From positions 18,042,001 through 18,106,000 of the forward strand of contig JBITNC010000002.1 of the NCBI GenBank assembly GCA_050084985.1: a stretch of DNA of 64,000 nucleotides, written 5' to 3'. Below, one piece after another: positions 51,530 through 64,000 of this stretch. Within the stretch, counting starts at the first letter, position 1. Each line of letters begins with the position of its first letter. The translations under genes were made by a program, and so were the position numbers. The notes beneath the pieces are model-generated. The model did not search any database and was not told the DNA's origin. It saw nothing but the letters and a program-made list of their open reading frames with translations. The stretch comes from Nageia nagi. Taxonomy: Eukaryota > Plantae > Pinophyta.

Positions 51530-51710
51530 TGTGGATGAGATTGAGGTTTTAGATGTTGTTTCTTTGATGTCTATGCTATGAGTTGGGCATTTTGTTCTTG
51601 ATTGTGCCCATTGCACTGCACTAGCTGAGAGGTGGAATCTTGATTCAAATACATTTCATTTACCCACCGGTGAGATAACAATGATAGTAGAGGATGTGTA
51701 CCTCATGAGG
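51530..51710 (+). pseudogene. Plant mobile domain (PMD) fragment within a retroelement relic (about 49500-51710)
   Basis: CTALAERWNLDSNTFHLPTGEITMIVEDVYLM matches the PMD N-terminal signature. Confidence 0.8.
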
Positions 51711-52699
51711 GTCTCCAACAAGGGGAAGTTAATGCATTTGAAACAAGTGCTGTTAGATAAAAAGGGGATAAAATTGGCTAAATACTTGACAAGATGGACA
51801 AGATGCAACCATGGAAAGCATGGCTGTTATTTTGCTATTGCATATGAGTCCTCTTGCATGTTTTCCATGGTTCATTTTTTTGGCAGCAATTTTATTCTCT
51901 CTTATTTATCCAGATAAGAGTAACAAGACATTCTTTGTAGGCATAGTGCACATTATCAAAAGCATGATTACTATCTTCTAACATAGTCACTCAACATTCA
52001 ACAATATATATTGGTCACTTATACATTAATGGATTTTCTCTTTCCCCCAAAAGCATAATGCTCAATAGGCTCTTGTATGAATGACATTACACATCCCAAT
52101 AAATAGAAAACATTCACCCAATGCTAACACATTACACAAGTGACAACATAATCTAAATTGTAGAGTTTTGTATTAAATACACAAAACTCAAAATGATAGC
52201 ATGTTCAAGGGGGGCAGCCCCCTTGTTAGGTTCCAAGGGGTAGAGCCCTTGGCACCTCCCCCATCACGATACGAGGAGATTTTTCCTTTTTTTAGAAATG
52301 CATCATTTGGGACTACTTTTCACCTTTGTTGTTTCTCAAAATTGAAAATTTTAAATAAATAAATTGGTTATTCATACTCGTGAATTAAAGGAAAAGACCT
52401 ATGCTAAGCAAGCAAAACATGATGAAAAAACTCTAGATAAAAATATATGTAATTGTTCAGTTGGAGCTAAGAATGTTTATGAAGATTGTGCAAAACTTCT
52501 ATTTTTGTGTATTTATTATTTATCAATGAAGAAGAATCCAAACATTTATAAATTTGCTAAAAAAAAGAACAAAATTGATTGAGTCTTGATGTTCAAACTC
52601 GGGACTTGGGTGGACTCGAGTGTCTTTCAAAAAATCCTTGACTCGGACTTGGACTTGGCTGAGTACTTGGGACTCAGGCCAAGTCTCGCTACATTGCTA

Positions 52700-52900
52700 T
52701 TTACCATGCCCCCACAAACCATGTTGAGGTTCGTCATTGCTACATTGAACAACTTGTGTATCAAGAAGAGATATCTCTTCATTATTGAGCCACATGAACA
52801 AATTGTTAACATTTTCACGAAAACATTAGGTCTTGACAATTTATTGAGTTTAGAGTTAAACTTGGTGTTGTATCTTGATTAGTCATTTAGGAGAGGTATC
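52700..52900 (+). pseudogene. Copia RNase H C-terminal relic and PPT
   Basis: HVEVRHCYIEQLV and EQIVNIFTKTLG; TTAGGAGAGG at about 52887. Preceded by a GACTCGG-repeat segment resembling a hAT end (52580-52698). Confidence 0.6.
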
Positions 52901-52986
52901 ATATAATGTGATGACAAAGGGTTGGGATTGTTAGTTAAGTACATACTACATAGTAAGTGTGAAGCTATCATTTAGTTGAGTACTAA

Positions 52987-53521
52987 GTGTGAAACTTTAA
53001 AAATGCCAGAAAACATTGTCAAGCACAATAGAATGCTAGTGGAGGCGATGGTAAGAGGAGGAAGACCAAGTCCAATCTTTGAAGGAGTGCCAAACAACCC
53101 AATTCTCAGAGAGAAAATCGACAGCCTGGTTTATGTAACATTTTACAAGAACAGCTTCAATCAACTAGCTTTCAGATTTCAAGAAGATGATGAAAAGAGA
53201 AGAGAAATTGTCAAGATTGGGTATGACCTTGGAATGGGCAGTGGACAGTTCAACATAGATAAAATTTTCTAATCAAAACCCTTGTGGAGGCAAATGGCTA
53301 AGACGTAATCAGCCCCATAATAGTTATAATTCTATTATGTTTTGAATGTAAGGAGCTAATTTTGCTTTGTTCTCCTAAATGATAGGCATACACTACAATT
53401 TTGTCTCATACTGTATTAGTTATTGCACTTATATCTATACTTTTGCCATACAGGGTTTTGGAGATCCTTTCAAAACTCTTACTTGTTTGATTAATACATT
53501 TACCTTTATTAATAAAAAAAA
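52987..53521 (+). mobile_element. 5'-truncated retroposed insertion (LINE 3' end or processed retrocopy)
   Basis: Perfect 13-bp TSD AGTTGAGTACTAA (52974-52986, 53522-53534); AATAAA merging into poly(A); frame open from the 5' junction to the stop at 53272. Confidence 0.85.
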
Positions 53522-56500
53522 AGTTGAGTACTAATGAGTTAATAGTAATGTATCCCCGGATAATGTAACGCATGTATATTTCAGGACACTACAAACATTT
53601 TGCATGTAGATTCCCTCCAAAGTGTTGGAAGATGGAGTTTGATCAAGTCCACATGGAAGGAGAAAATAGAGTTTGACTCTATATTTAGAATGGCATCTTG
53701 GTTGTTGTAACCAGTGTTCGAAAGTTCACTCCTCGCCACTAATCGTTTTCCGTGCTGAGGAGATTAATTGGCTATTTGGCAAAAGTTTGGCGAAAAAAAA
53801 TGCAGAAAAAATATATCACCAGTTTTTTTGTTTTGTTTTAAATATTACAACAGTCTTCGTTATTGCAGCAGTTATTTGTTATTACAACAATCATTTGCAA
53901 TATAGGATTTAAATATTACGAAAACACATTACAAAAACAGAGTCATTTGCTATTACAACAGTCTTGAAAACTGAAAAGCAGGGGCCATTTTCTATTACCA
54001 AAACACATGATATTGCATTATAGATGAGGGCAACATGTTTTTCGTATCAAAATACTGCATAATGCATAGGCTGCATACTAACATAGTGAGTACATAAATT
54101 TCGAAAAACATTTGGCAATGTTTCTTTGAATTTGCAAAAAACAAAAAAATATCCCTCAAATGCATCAAACATCCAAATATTCGGCAAAAAAACAGCGATT
54201 ATTCGGCAAAATCCAAATATTCTCCAAGATGCAATTTTTTCGTTTTCCCCCTCAATTGCGATTATATAATATAATATTGTGCGTTGAGAAGAGTGCGATA
54301 CCATATCATAGTATCTCCAAAAATGCTTGTGTGAGGCGTTCTTATTGTGTGAGCCTCTCTTAGATGAAGAGAGAAGGATGCTTGTGGTAGCATCATTGTA
54401 ATGGGATCCTCTAGTGTGGTAGAGAGATTAATGTGCTCTTCTATGTCTGTGTATGGTGGCAGTGCATATGGGATATGTGAGAGAGATATTGGGAAAGAGC
54501 TATGAGAGCTTTGAATATGTTGTTGAGTCTGGCATCTCAGAACTATTGGGTTCTAGATGAGAGTTGCAGTAAGTGCACCATGCTTGTACCTGGGATTTGA
54601 CAGATTGTTAATACAGTTGTAAGTATCAGCCTTGGAGAGTGGAGGTAGCCCACATTGGGTGAACCACTATAAAAAATTTGTGTCTCCCATTCTTTCTTGA
54701 TTATTTGCTCCTTTAATTCTTTTTTTGTTTAGTTTCCATTTTCTCACAAACACCATGAAATCTTTTACAAAGCAATTAACAGCCTTTTCACCCCACGATG
54801 AAGAAATTGTTGCCAATATGAAGGATGAGTCTTCTTCAGTATTTCAAGCTTTAGCTCGATGATCCCCCATTACCATCCCTGTAGATCTATTTAGCACTTC
54901 TTTTCTCCAACACCCCACGTTGTTTGAAAGATGAGTTCTCTTCCACTTCCCAAATCCAAGCTCTATAGTCCACCAAAACCAGTTATGCCGATCTGGTCCA
55001 GTAGATCTTGTTGTTCCAAATCTGAAATAATGAAGTAGGAACTCCATTTGAGCCTGACATCCATGCCCTACAACACCGTGTTGTTTGAAAGATGAGTCCC
55101 TTTCATTGTCTCAAATCTGAGAGCTCCATAATCCACCTTTCTAAATCTGCAGGGTCTTAAGCAGCTCATAACCTAGAGAGATAGGGGTGGAAAGTACCAT
55201 TACCTCTTAACACTTTCTTCTGAATATTGCACATCTTTACAGAGAGTGGTGATAGGGTCCCCTAAAGACATTGCATGGACTTCTCTAGGCTCTCTGTATC
55301 TCCCTCCATTCTTTCTCATTTGACCATTTAAGATACCTTGCCTGTTTAAGATTGTCATACTGTTCACAAGCCTGTAGTGGTTCCTCGTGACTCCATCTAT
55401 CCTATCATGCTTGGTTGTGGTCGTTCTCTAAATCAGGGCACATGGGTGGTCTTTGTTACCTTGCTTCACAGCCTACTTTCATGAGATTAGCTTCCATACT
55501 CACAGACTTAGCATGCATATCTGTCCTTGGCTTGCTCCTGCATTTCGAACGGCCTTAGAAGAGGGCTCTTCATTGTGCCACCATGGTCGGGATATGCTGT
55601 TTAGCTGCCGGTCCACACCACCATCCTCAGGTTTCCCCTGCTTCTCTGAGACCATAGCTCGAGCTCAGGAAACCATATGAATTTTTATAGTTTTTATGTT
55701 GCTTAAAATTTGTTTTAAATGGTTTTTTAGCTGAATTAAGCTTATTCATAGAATACCGAAGTATGAATCTATAAAGCTGAGATAAGCAACAAATTTTTTC
55801 TGTGAAATGTTTATGGGTAGCGATGAGCAATCAGTGGGAATATATTGAGAGAAGACGCTCATTGCATCTCTGCAAGTTAGCCAATCATAATTTTATTTGG
55901 TTGTAGGTTCTTGGTATGGTTTTATTTAAACATATTTTTGTTCTCTGGTGTGTTTTTTTCCTGTTATTTTTGGGTTCTAGTGAGGTCTGTTGCATGTAAT
56001 CATCATATTATGAATAGTGGAATTTGAATTTAGGTTGTGTGGAAATGCTGACACAACTTTGGCTTTCCTCAACAGCCACTATAAGGTTCAGTCTGGGAAA
56101 ACTTTCTTTGTTGTTTAACTTGATAAATACCCCACATGTACCTTGTTGGCATTGATTGTTTATACCTTAAACGTTCAAACACATGATGATGTTGCCAAGG
56201 CCCCAGCTTATGCCTATAAACTTAGAAAGAAGTAATATTGAAAATACAAAATTGTCTGAACATTATTTGGTCTGATAGTGTCCATGAAGGCTGAGCTAGA
56301 TTTATCATCCTTGCACATTACTTATGTTTAATTATAGATCCTTCTAAATGTGCAAGGAATCGCAAGATAAATTACACGTTGAGGATACATAAGGAACCAG
56401 ATAGCTTCATATAGCTCTAACAAGCATAAACCTTCTCTATGTTATTTCTCTATAAATGCACTTATCCATATGTATCCACATTCCAATAGCTTGCACATTG

Positions 56501-56536
56501 TGAAGGAAATTTTATTTTTCTTTGTGTTTCAATCAG

Positions 56537-56623
56537 GCTGGTCAAAAACGGGCAGAGAGGAGGCATGCATTTATGCAAGATTTTCTAACAGAGTTTTATG
56601 AAGAATGGGAGGGCAACCTGTAA
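56537..56623 (+). CDS. HD-domain phosphohydrolase exon 7 (terminal)
   Basis: AGQKRAERRHAFMQDFLTEFYEEWEGNL* after acceptor AATCAG; absent from the ORF track. Confidence 0.95.
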   Translation, partial: AGQKRAERRHAFMQDFLTEFYEEWEGNL

Positions 56624-59600
56624 TTCTTATGTTCCAATTTGAAGGTTTACAGTTATGTGATGTTTATCAAATTCTTACAGATATCACATCCTTGATATTA
56701 GGATGGATTTATTTCTACCTCAGCTATCCTGGCTGAATTTGTTAGCTATAAATGATAATGCCGATTTGGTGTTTGCTCTAGTGCCCTTGTAGTGCTTTTT
56801 ATTCTTATGGTAATGTTTATGCGGCAAGTATATACTATATAGTTCTTATTGGAGTCCGGATTTGGGTCTGTTTTTATCAGTCTGTAATTTCTTGGGTGAA
56901 CATTGGATTTGTTATTGGGGGTGGTTGTGGAAAATCCTGTTTTCTGGATTTCATTGGAAATCTCAAAGATGTAAACTTTTTATTGCCATTTTTTTTTTAT
57001 AATTTTTGAGCTTGTTTCCATCTTTTCAAGGTATGGTTTATAGCCTTTATTATAATGTAGGAAATATTTAATCAAGGAGATTTTTGTTCTTAACTTAATG
57101 TTTCATTATGTTGTACTTAGTTACTATTTTACAGGATGCCAAATCTTAGGGGATAAGTTTGAAGAATATAGGTTATTCTCTCGTTATTTTTTGTTACTGT
57201 ACAATTTTCAATTATATCAGGAATATATTGAAGAAATTAGCATCAATATGGATATAATTTTAATCTGTCCTAGTGATTACCATACTCGTAAGTTTCTAAT
57301 GATTGGTTTATACGTGGGATATCATTCTAAACTTGTTCAATTGAAACATCAATATGTCCTTCAACCAATTTCCTTTTGTCCACTTCTTGAGTATTTTTCT
57401 ATGCATTTGTGCACTCCTTTAGACCCTAATAGTCATAATCAGATACTTATTACAAGCTCGTGAGCAAAGCCCTAACTATAGCTCAAGTTCCTATATAAAT
57501 CATGAGACCTAGAACATGTACATTCATTTCACTTAATTGACGTCTTCATAAGAAATATGTCTTTTGCTGCTTCTTTTTCCTTGTTGAATTGTACAACCAT
57601 GTTTCATATCATCATCAGCTTCAAGACCATCAGGCCTTAATAGTTAATATTATTTCCCAGTGATAATTTTGATGTGAATATCCTCTAAATTATATGGTTG
57701 TTCTATGTGAACTTTTGTACAACATTTCCGAGATGGTTTTCTTTGTCCTTTTTGCTTCTGAACAAGTTGCACATTTCTCTTGATTTTCTTTATTGTGACT
57801 GTTCTACTCAACTTTCTGAAGTATTTGGGCTTTCATTACTGGATCCATGTCTTTGTTATAATTCTAGAGCTATTGTTAAATCACTGGGTTACATTAATTC
57901 CAAATTGTTTAGTGATTGTTCTCTACCGAGGTGTTCCAAACTTGTTTCTCTTTTTGACCTTTGGAAAGAAAATCTTGAGATAGGGGCATGCCATTTGAAG
58001 CTACATCTACACTGTTACTATGGTGCCATTCAATTGGCTTCATGCTCATTGATGCTAATCAACAACAAGCTTCATCTTCTCCCCACCCCAAACTGACGCA
58101 AATCTAGAGCTTACCTTTGTGTGTATACTGTTAAGTCAGGATGCTAGGATCGATGCATTAACTTCCTTGGAAGAAGATGATTGATTTGTACTATAAATTC
58201 TTATCAATATTAGCCTTGTCAAATCAGTTTAGGAAAAAAACAAAAACAATAAATTATAATGTTCAAATGCTATGGACCTACAATATGATTGTTTGTGTAG
58301 GGTTTCTTCACTAACAGTAAAACGAGTTCAAACTATTGATTGAAAGCATCATGACTACGATCATAAAAGTTAGGCCTTAAGAGCTGTCACTTCGTATATG
58401 ATAGGTTGCTCAATAGGTTTTCAAAGTTCAATTGTCTTGACTTTTTGAATCTAGGTGAGTAAATATAATACTTACAAGTCCTGTGCACCTTTATTCATTT
58501 GATTGGTTGAATACAAAATTACTACCAAAGAGAGTTTATCGCCTTACAATAGGATTTTGAGCAACTGAACTTGGTAATTTATCATTACAAGAAGTATATT
58601 CATCAAGAGTGATTGCGTTTTTCTCTTGGTCAAAGGAACTTGAAATTTTATCTTCCATTTTACATACAGAGTGGGACCTTAATATGATTTTACTTGGATT
58701 GGCTGCAGATCATAGAATAAAAAAACGGTTTTTTGAAACTACGGTTCGGGCCAAATACAAAAAAAACGGCCATTAAATGGTCAAAATACGTTGAATATGG
58801 CAACAATTCGTAGCTCTAAAAATACGTAAATATGAAAAAATGGAAAAGAAATGGAAAATACGTGATAAAAAAAAAGAAAATACGGCAAATAAATGGACAA
58901 AAGATGAGGCAAAAATGGAAAATTCGGAGAAAAAATATGATGCATTGAAAAATAAAAAAAATGCAATTTTTTTTTTTTTAAAACTTTTTCTATTCAATAT
59001 GCTTATCTAATTGCCATAAATGATTAAATCATTCACATAAATGATTATATCGTCTACCAAGTACCAACTACCAAGTACCAACACATTCGTATTTCATAAA
59101 TCATATCATTGATATATGAAAATAAAAGACATCTACAAAATGGTTTTCATATCTTAAGTTATAAATCTACTACTACTAGTACTGTCCCATACACTCATAA
59201 TGCCACTAAGTGTCCATTGTCAAGCACCAAGTCCAACAAAGTACAAATAATACTAAATACAATGTCTCATGAGTAATGACTCCATGTGTGGGCCTTGGGG
59301 ACTCATCAATATGTGCAGTCCGGGATTCTAGCCCTTTTACTAATCAATCGGTTGCCACTACTAGTAGTACTAGTACCAGTACCATGTACTCCACTAATAG
59401 TTGTAGTAGGAGATTAAGAGTGAGAAGGTGGTCTCGTAGCGATAGGAGCACTACGAGGAGGCAATCCTATACTACTATAACTGCCACCAACACTCTTGCA
59501 GGGCTTTTGCCTAATCCTCTAGTACTGAATGAGTGGTTCATCATCGTCAGGCTCACTTTCCATGTCTCAGTAAACCCGACGCTCATAAACCTGGTGAGGT

Positions 59601-59899
59601 CCAACACCATGATCAATCTCCACAAGAGGAAATGGATCAAAATGTTGATGCTCCTCCTCCTCCCTCTCCTCATCTACTGCATGCTCCTCCTCCTCGCCCT
59701 CATTTGCAAGTTCATCTATCTCTTGCTCCATGTCAAGTCATTCTTATTGAAACGCTTCATGTAACTCCTCCTCTGGATCTGCCACTACATCCACTGGAGG
59801 TGCATCACTTTCAAAAAAACAAAAAAAAAAGTCAACAAATACACTTTTATAGGACCTATCAAGATATTTTAAAAATCACATGTAGCAGGTGCTAGGTGA

Positions 59900-62592
59900 A
59901 TCGTGAGAGTAAAAACGAAGAAGATAACCTGTATGAGGGATTAATGGTAGTCAAGTTAATGGGTTCATCCTCATCCTTCTTTTGCAGTTGCCTCACATAC
60001 AATCGTAGGTTGACATAAATGTACACAATATCATTCAAGCGTTGTGTTGTCAACCTATTAACATAAAAAAAATGAGATAATGAGAAATTGAGAATTGAGA
60101 GTAAAAACGAAGAAGATAACCTGTATGAGGGATCAATGGTAGTCAAGTTAATGGGTTCATCCTCATCCTTCTTTTGCAGTTGCCTCACATACAATCGTAG
60201 GTTGACATAAATGTACACAATATCATTCAAGCGTTGTGTTGTCAACCTATTAACATAAAAAAAATGAGATAATGAGAAATTGAGAATTGAGAGTGAAGTA
60301 AGAAATTACCATTGCATTTTGAAAGTTGAAAAGAATCGCAATTGAAATGAATCAAATTACTAACCTGTTGCACTTCTTGGAGTGAATTTTTTCAAAAGCA
60401 CTCCAATTGTGCTCACATCTTGAAGTGCTACACGTTTGACTAAGGATGTAGAATGCAAATCTTTGCAACTCAGGTGTTTCACCTCCAAAATTCGCCCACC
60501 ACAACTCTAAAAAATGTAGTAATATCAAATTAGAAAACATTAAATATTTAAAATTTTAAATGCCTAAATGTATTAACTTAAAACCTAAAAAGTTAAAAGT
60601 AATGCATGAACTTTGAATTTTTCTCACCTAGAGCAATCGTGAAACGTGCCTCTCTAGTGGATTGATACCCAAAGAGGCCTTAAGAGTGCTTGTATAATTC
60701 AAGCTCCTTGAAGATTTTGGATTGAGTGGTGGGATTTTGAATAATGCTAGCTACACATTTTGTAAGGCCCAAGTTAGCATGAGTACCAGTCTTGTATTTT
60801 GAGTTTGGTGCAAAATACAAGATAGGGTTCAAGATGGCCTTTGCTCCATGAATAGGGCGATACAACATATTCCATCATTGTTCATCAGTGAGATCCCAAA
60901 ACGTCATGTGCTTGTTACCAATCTCATTATCCTCATTAGGGTGGTCAATATAATAATGCATTATGGCCTCCTTGGCCCTAGCCATAGCCTCATACAAACA
61001 GCCCATAGGGGGCTTGTCACTATCAACCAGTCGAAGTATTTGTACAAGTGGTGCTGTCACGTAACAAATCTCTTTGAGCGTCACCCAAAAATCATCCTTG
61101 GATATCAATGAAGACACGACCAAACCCTCTGGCCTTGTGCTTATGGTTGTATCACTCTACTCTCTAGAAATAAACATGGAACGCAACTCATACATGTTCC
61201 AAAATATCGACTGAAGGCTGATGAAATTGGAGGCAAAACAAGTAACTCCTAGGCGCAACAAGTCCTTATCGTTGGTGTACCTCCTCATCATATTAAGAAT
61301 AATGGTTTTATTATAAATATGCTTGGTAACACAAGATAAGAAATTAAGAATCAATATAGTCTAAGAGTAAGAATATAAGATAACAAAAAAATACGATAAG
61401 ATAAAACAAGATAAGATAGATGTACTTTGTGATTGTCCTTGCTTGGTCAACGACCGCTTTTACCTAAGCCATTTTTCCTATGTCCTCCAGAAGAAGATCA
61501 ATGCAATGACAAGCACATGGAGTCCAGTACAAGGAGGGATACATATTCATGAGTTTGGTACTTGCTGCAACATAACTAAAAGCATTGTCTGTGACCACCT
61601 GAACAACATGCTTAGGCCTCACCTCCCTCACAAACTGATCCAATAAGTCACATAACAAGTTTGCATCCTTTGCTTTATCGGATGCATCAATGGATTTCTT
61701 GAATATTGTGCCATATTTGGAGTATACCAAAAAATTAATCAAGCTTCTACTCTTATTATCCGACCATCCATCAGATAATATTGTGCAACCCGATAACTTC
61801 CAAAATTCTTCAATATCAACCACTCTAAAACAATAAAACAAAACTAAAATAAATTATAAAACAACTAAATAAAAAAACGATTAAAAAATGTGATTCATAT
61901 TATTTATTGAAATTTGATCTTACTAATTTACTATTTAGTAATTTACAATTTTACATACCTTTCACATACTTCTTGCTTGAGATCCTTTATGAGAGACCCT
62001 TGCATTTCTGCATGAGTAGGCCCACATACCCAGGTCCAGTGTTAGCCACTGCATTGATTGCTGGTTGCCAAAATATACTCCTAGTAATGTGGATCAGAAC
62101 TCCATAATAGATCAATTTTGCCAACATCAAATTAACTTCTTTCTTCTCCTTCTTCAACATACTGATAATGGTTGGTTGGGATCCAGGAGTTGTCCAGGGT
62201 TGAAAGTAGATGGATTCCAACCCCTCCAGGGACTTCACTTCCACTAGGTCTACTTGCATTTCCACTTGCACCTACACTTGGATTGGAAACATGTCCACTT
62301 GCAGTAGAACAACTCATCCCTTCTAGCTCCATTTGAATTGCTTGTTTCCTCTTTTTTTTTTTTTTTCAATAATAGAATCCAAGGCTCTAATTGCATCCAA
62401 GGCAAGATCTGGAGTTGCATTTGGACAACTCTCCACATTGCTCCTTGGTCTCTCGAAAAGATACCCTTTGAACCTTGTAATTATTCTCCGGATAGACTTG
62501 TCATATAGATTGCACCTAAAATATGTAGAATTGCCTCGAACCCCCTCAATTGGAGTCACATATTGCCAAAATCTGTCCAACTCTTTTGGCAT
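59900..62592 (-). pseudogene. hAT transposase (BED zinc finger, DUF659/RNase H-like core, dimerisation domain), multi-exon, disrupted
   Basis: FWQYV...FRCNLY; GCTILSDGWSD...LINFLV...VVQVVTDNA...WTPCACHCIDLLLEDIGK; WWANFGGETPELQRFA..ILSQTCS.S.CEHNWS. Confidence 0.93.
59905..60294. repeat. Near-perfect 192-bp tandem duplication within the hAT transposase gene
   Basis: 59905-60096 and 60097-60288, bounded by GAGAGT microhomology; gives the doubled peptide in ORF 59892-60245. Confidence 0.95.
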
Positions 62593-64000
62593 CTTGGAAT
62601 TTGGAAAACCTCCCTCAAGTTCTACAATGCTCCCCTCTAGCTCCTCTCTCTTTCAGTCTCCTAGGCCTTGCAATGAGAAAATGAGGGGAAAAATGATTTT
62701 TGGCCCTTTATTTCTTCTCCCCAGCTACCTAGCCTCCTCTAGTGTTTTCACGACGTTTTTTTCGTCTTTTAACCGTTTAAACGTCTAAACGCCAAATACA
62801 CGTTTTTTACATTTTTCTCTACAAAATTTGTGGTGTGACTCTATCATGTTGCATTTTTTTTTTATCAAGAATACACATCTTTTCAAGGAAAAAACAACAT
62901 ATTTTGGTGTAAAAATGATGGTTATGTAGGAGGGTTAAGTGAAATTCAGAACGCATTTTTTTGGCATTTTTGATGTTTATACGATGTATTTTAGACAAAA
63001 AAATGTGTATTATCCCCTTTTCAAAATTCGCTTGGGACTCACGTTTTTTCAACATCTTCAACATTTTTTAAGCGTTTAAACAAGCGTATTTTGGTCATAA
63101 AAAATAGCGTATTTTTCATTTTTTTGAGGAAAATATGGAAAAGTTGAAAAAACATAAACATCATTTTTTGCGTTTAAACAACGTTTTTTTATTCTATGGT
63201 GCAGATAGCCAATCCTCAATTGGACAATGATAATGAACAATACCAATCCATCAATAGGATTGTGCTTTGTCAAAGATATGTAGTCTTCTATGTATGCTCT
63301 TTCTCTTTTAAAATTTGTTGAATATGAAATTTGGAATTCCAAGCCATTCTCATGATTTATGGGTTGGAAACCTAAGATGTGCAAAACAACTAGGTCTTGA
63401 AACCTTGTTTTGGTTAAAATTTGTATGGAAGCACTTTAAAATTTTCCAAAACTTTCAAAAGTTATTGTGGGCATTTTCCACGAAAATATCTCAAGATCCC
63501 ATAAAGCCAATAAGAAGTTGATTTGGAGATTGTTCCCTATATTTTGTTTGTCATGCTTGTTTTCATGGAAACCTTGGAAGACATGTGAAGAAGCATAGAG
63601 ATCAAAGAGTACATCAAATTCATCGTTTTTCTTTTATAAGATCCTCTTCTAGTGGATATTCTTCTATCAATCCTATCTCTTCATTTTTTTTATTGATAAA
63701 TATTTCAATTTTTATTTGGCCAATTTTTGATTCTCTTTCCACTTATCTAAGACCCCTTTTTCTTTTTGATCTTTCGAAAGTTATTGCTTGTCTTCTTTCT
63801 TCCCTTAATTTTTTTTCATTTTTTGATCATATTCTTTTCATTTCTATGCAATTCCTTTTTTGTTTGCCATTTTATGTTTTTCTTCATTGTTTATTTTCTT
63901 GTTTTCCTATATATATGCCTTAGGATAATGTCATTTCATAATCATCACTTCTTTTTGAAATGTAGTTTATCATATTAATGATTTTTTTTTGTTCTATTTG

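Larger units (their letters stand above)
58711..63198 (-). mobile_element. Full-length but decayed hAT DNA transposon
   Basis: TIR CATAGAATAAAAAAA(A)CG; 8-bp TSD CTGCAGAT/GTGCAGAT; subterminal AAAA(T/C)ACG repeats. Confidence 0.95.

Noticed and set aside
53712-54300. hAT element starting CAGTGTTCGAAA
   Set aside because: It looks like a hAT end, but no matching second TIR or TSD could be found, so boundaries are unsupported.
57098-58700. Gene downstream of the HD gene (ORFs 57098-57463, 57698-58096)
   Set aside because: No recognisable motifs or splice-consistent structure; probably decayed repeat or intergenic DNA.
59276-59895. Plus-strand ORFs of 120-162 aa
   Set aside because: Antisense shadows of the low-complexity acidic C-terminal exon of the hAT transposase.

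Overview
AT-rich, strongly CpG-depleted eukaryotic DNA from a large-genome land plant; the long TE-filled introns and repeat types suggest a gymnosperm (inference). Two host genes are present. The first is coding exon 1 of a minus-strand plant gene of unknown function (2111-2494), which continues off the left edge. The second is a complete 7-exon HD-domain metal-dependent phosphohydrolase gene (YpgQ/At1g17330-like, 219 aa, 33366-56623, + strand) with 11.2, 3.0 and 8.1 kb introns. The rest is a nested transposon landscape: Copia and Gypsy relics, a solo LTR, an L1 LINE lying head-to-head with the HD-gene promoter, a tRNA-derived SINE, CACTA and hAT elements, and a TTAGGG array. The most unusual signal is two separate insertions of one Copia lineage (16860-21673 and 27026-29850). 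In both, the PBS/gag region directly after the 5' LTR is replaced by a long inverted copy of the element's own internal sequence, so each could make an LTR-driven hairpin RNA. Also notable are a Pack-CACTA carrying a PPR gene fragment and a young retroposed insert with an unrecognised ORF. All coordinates and divergence values were read or counted by hand and are approximate.
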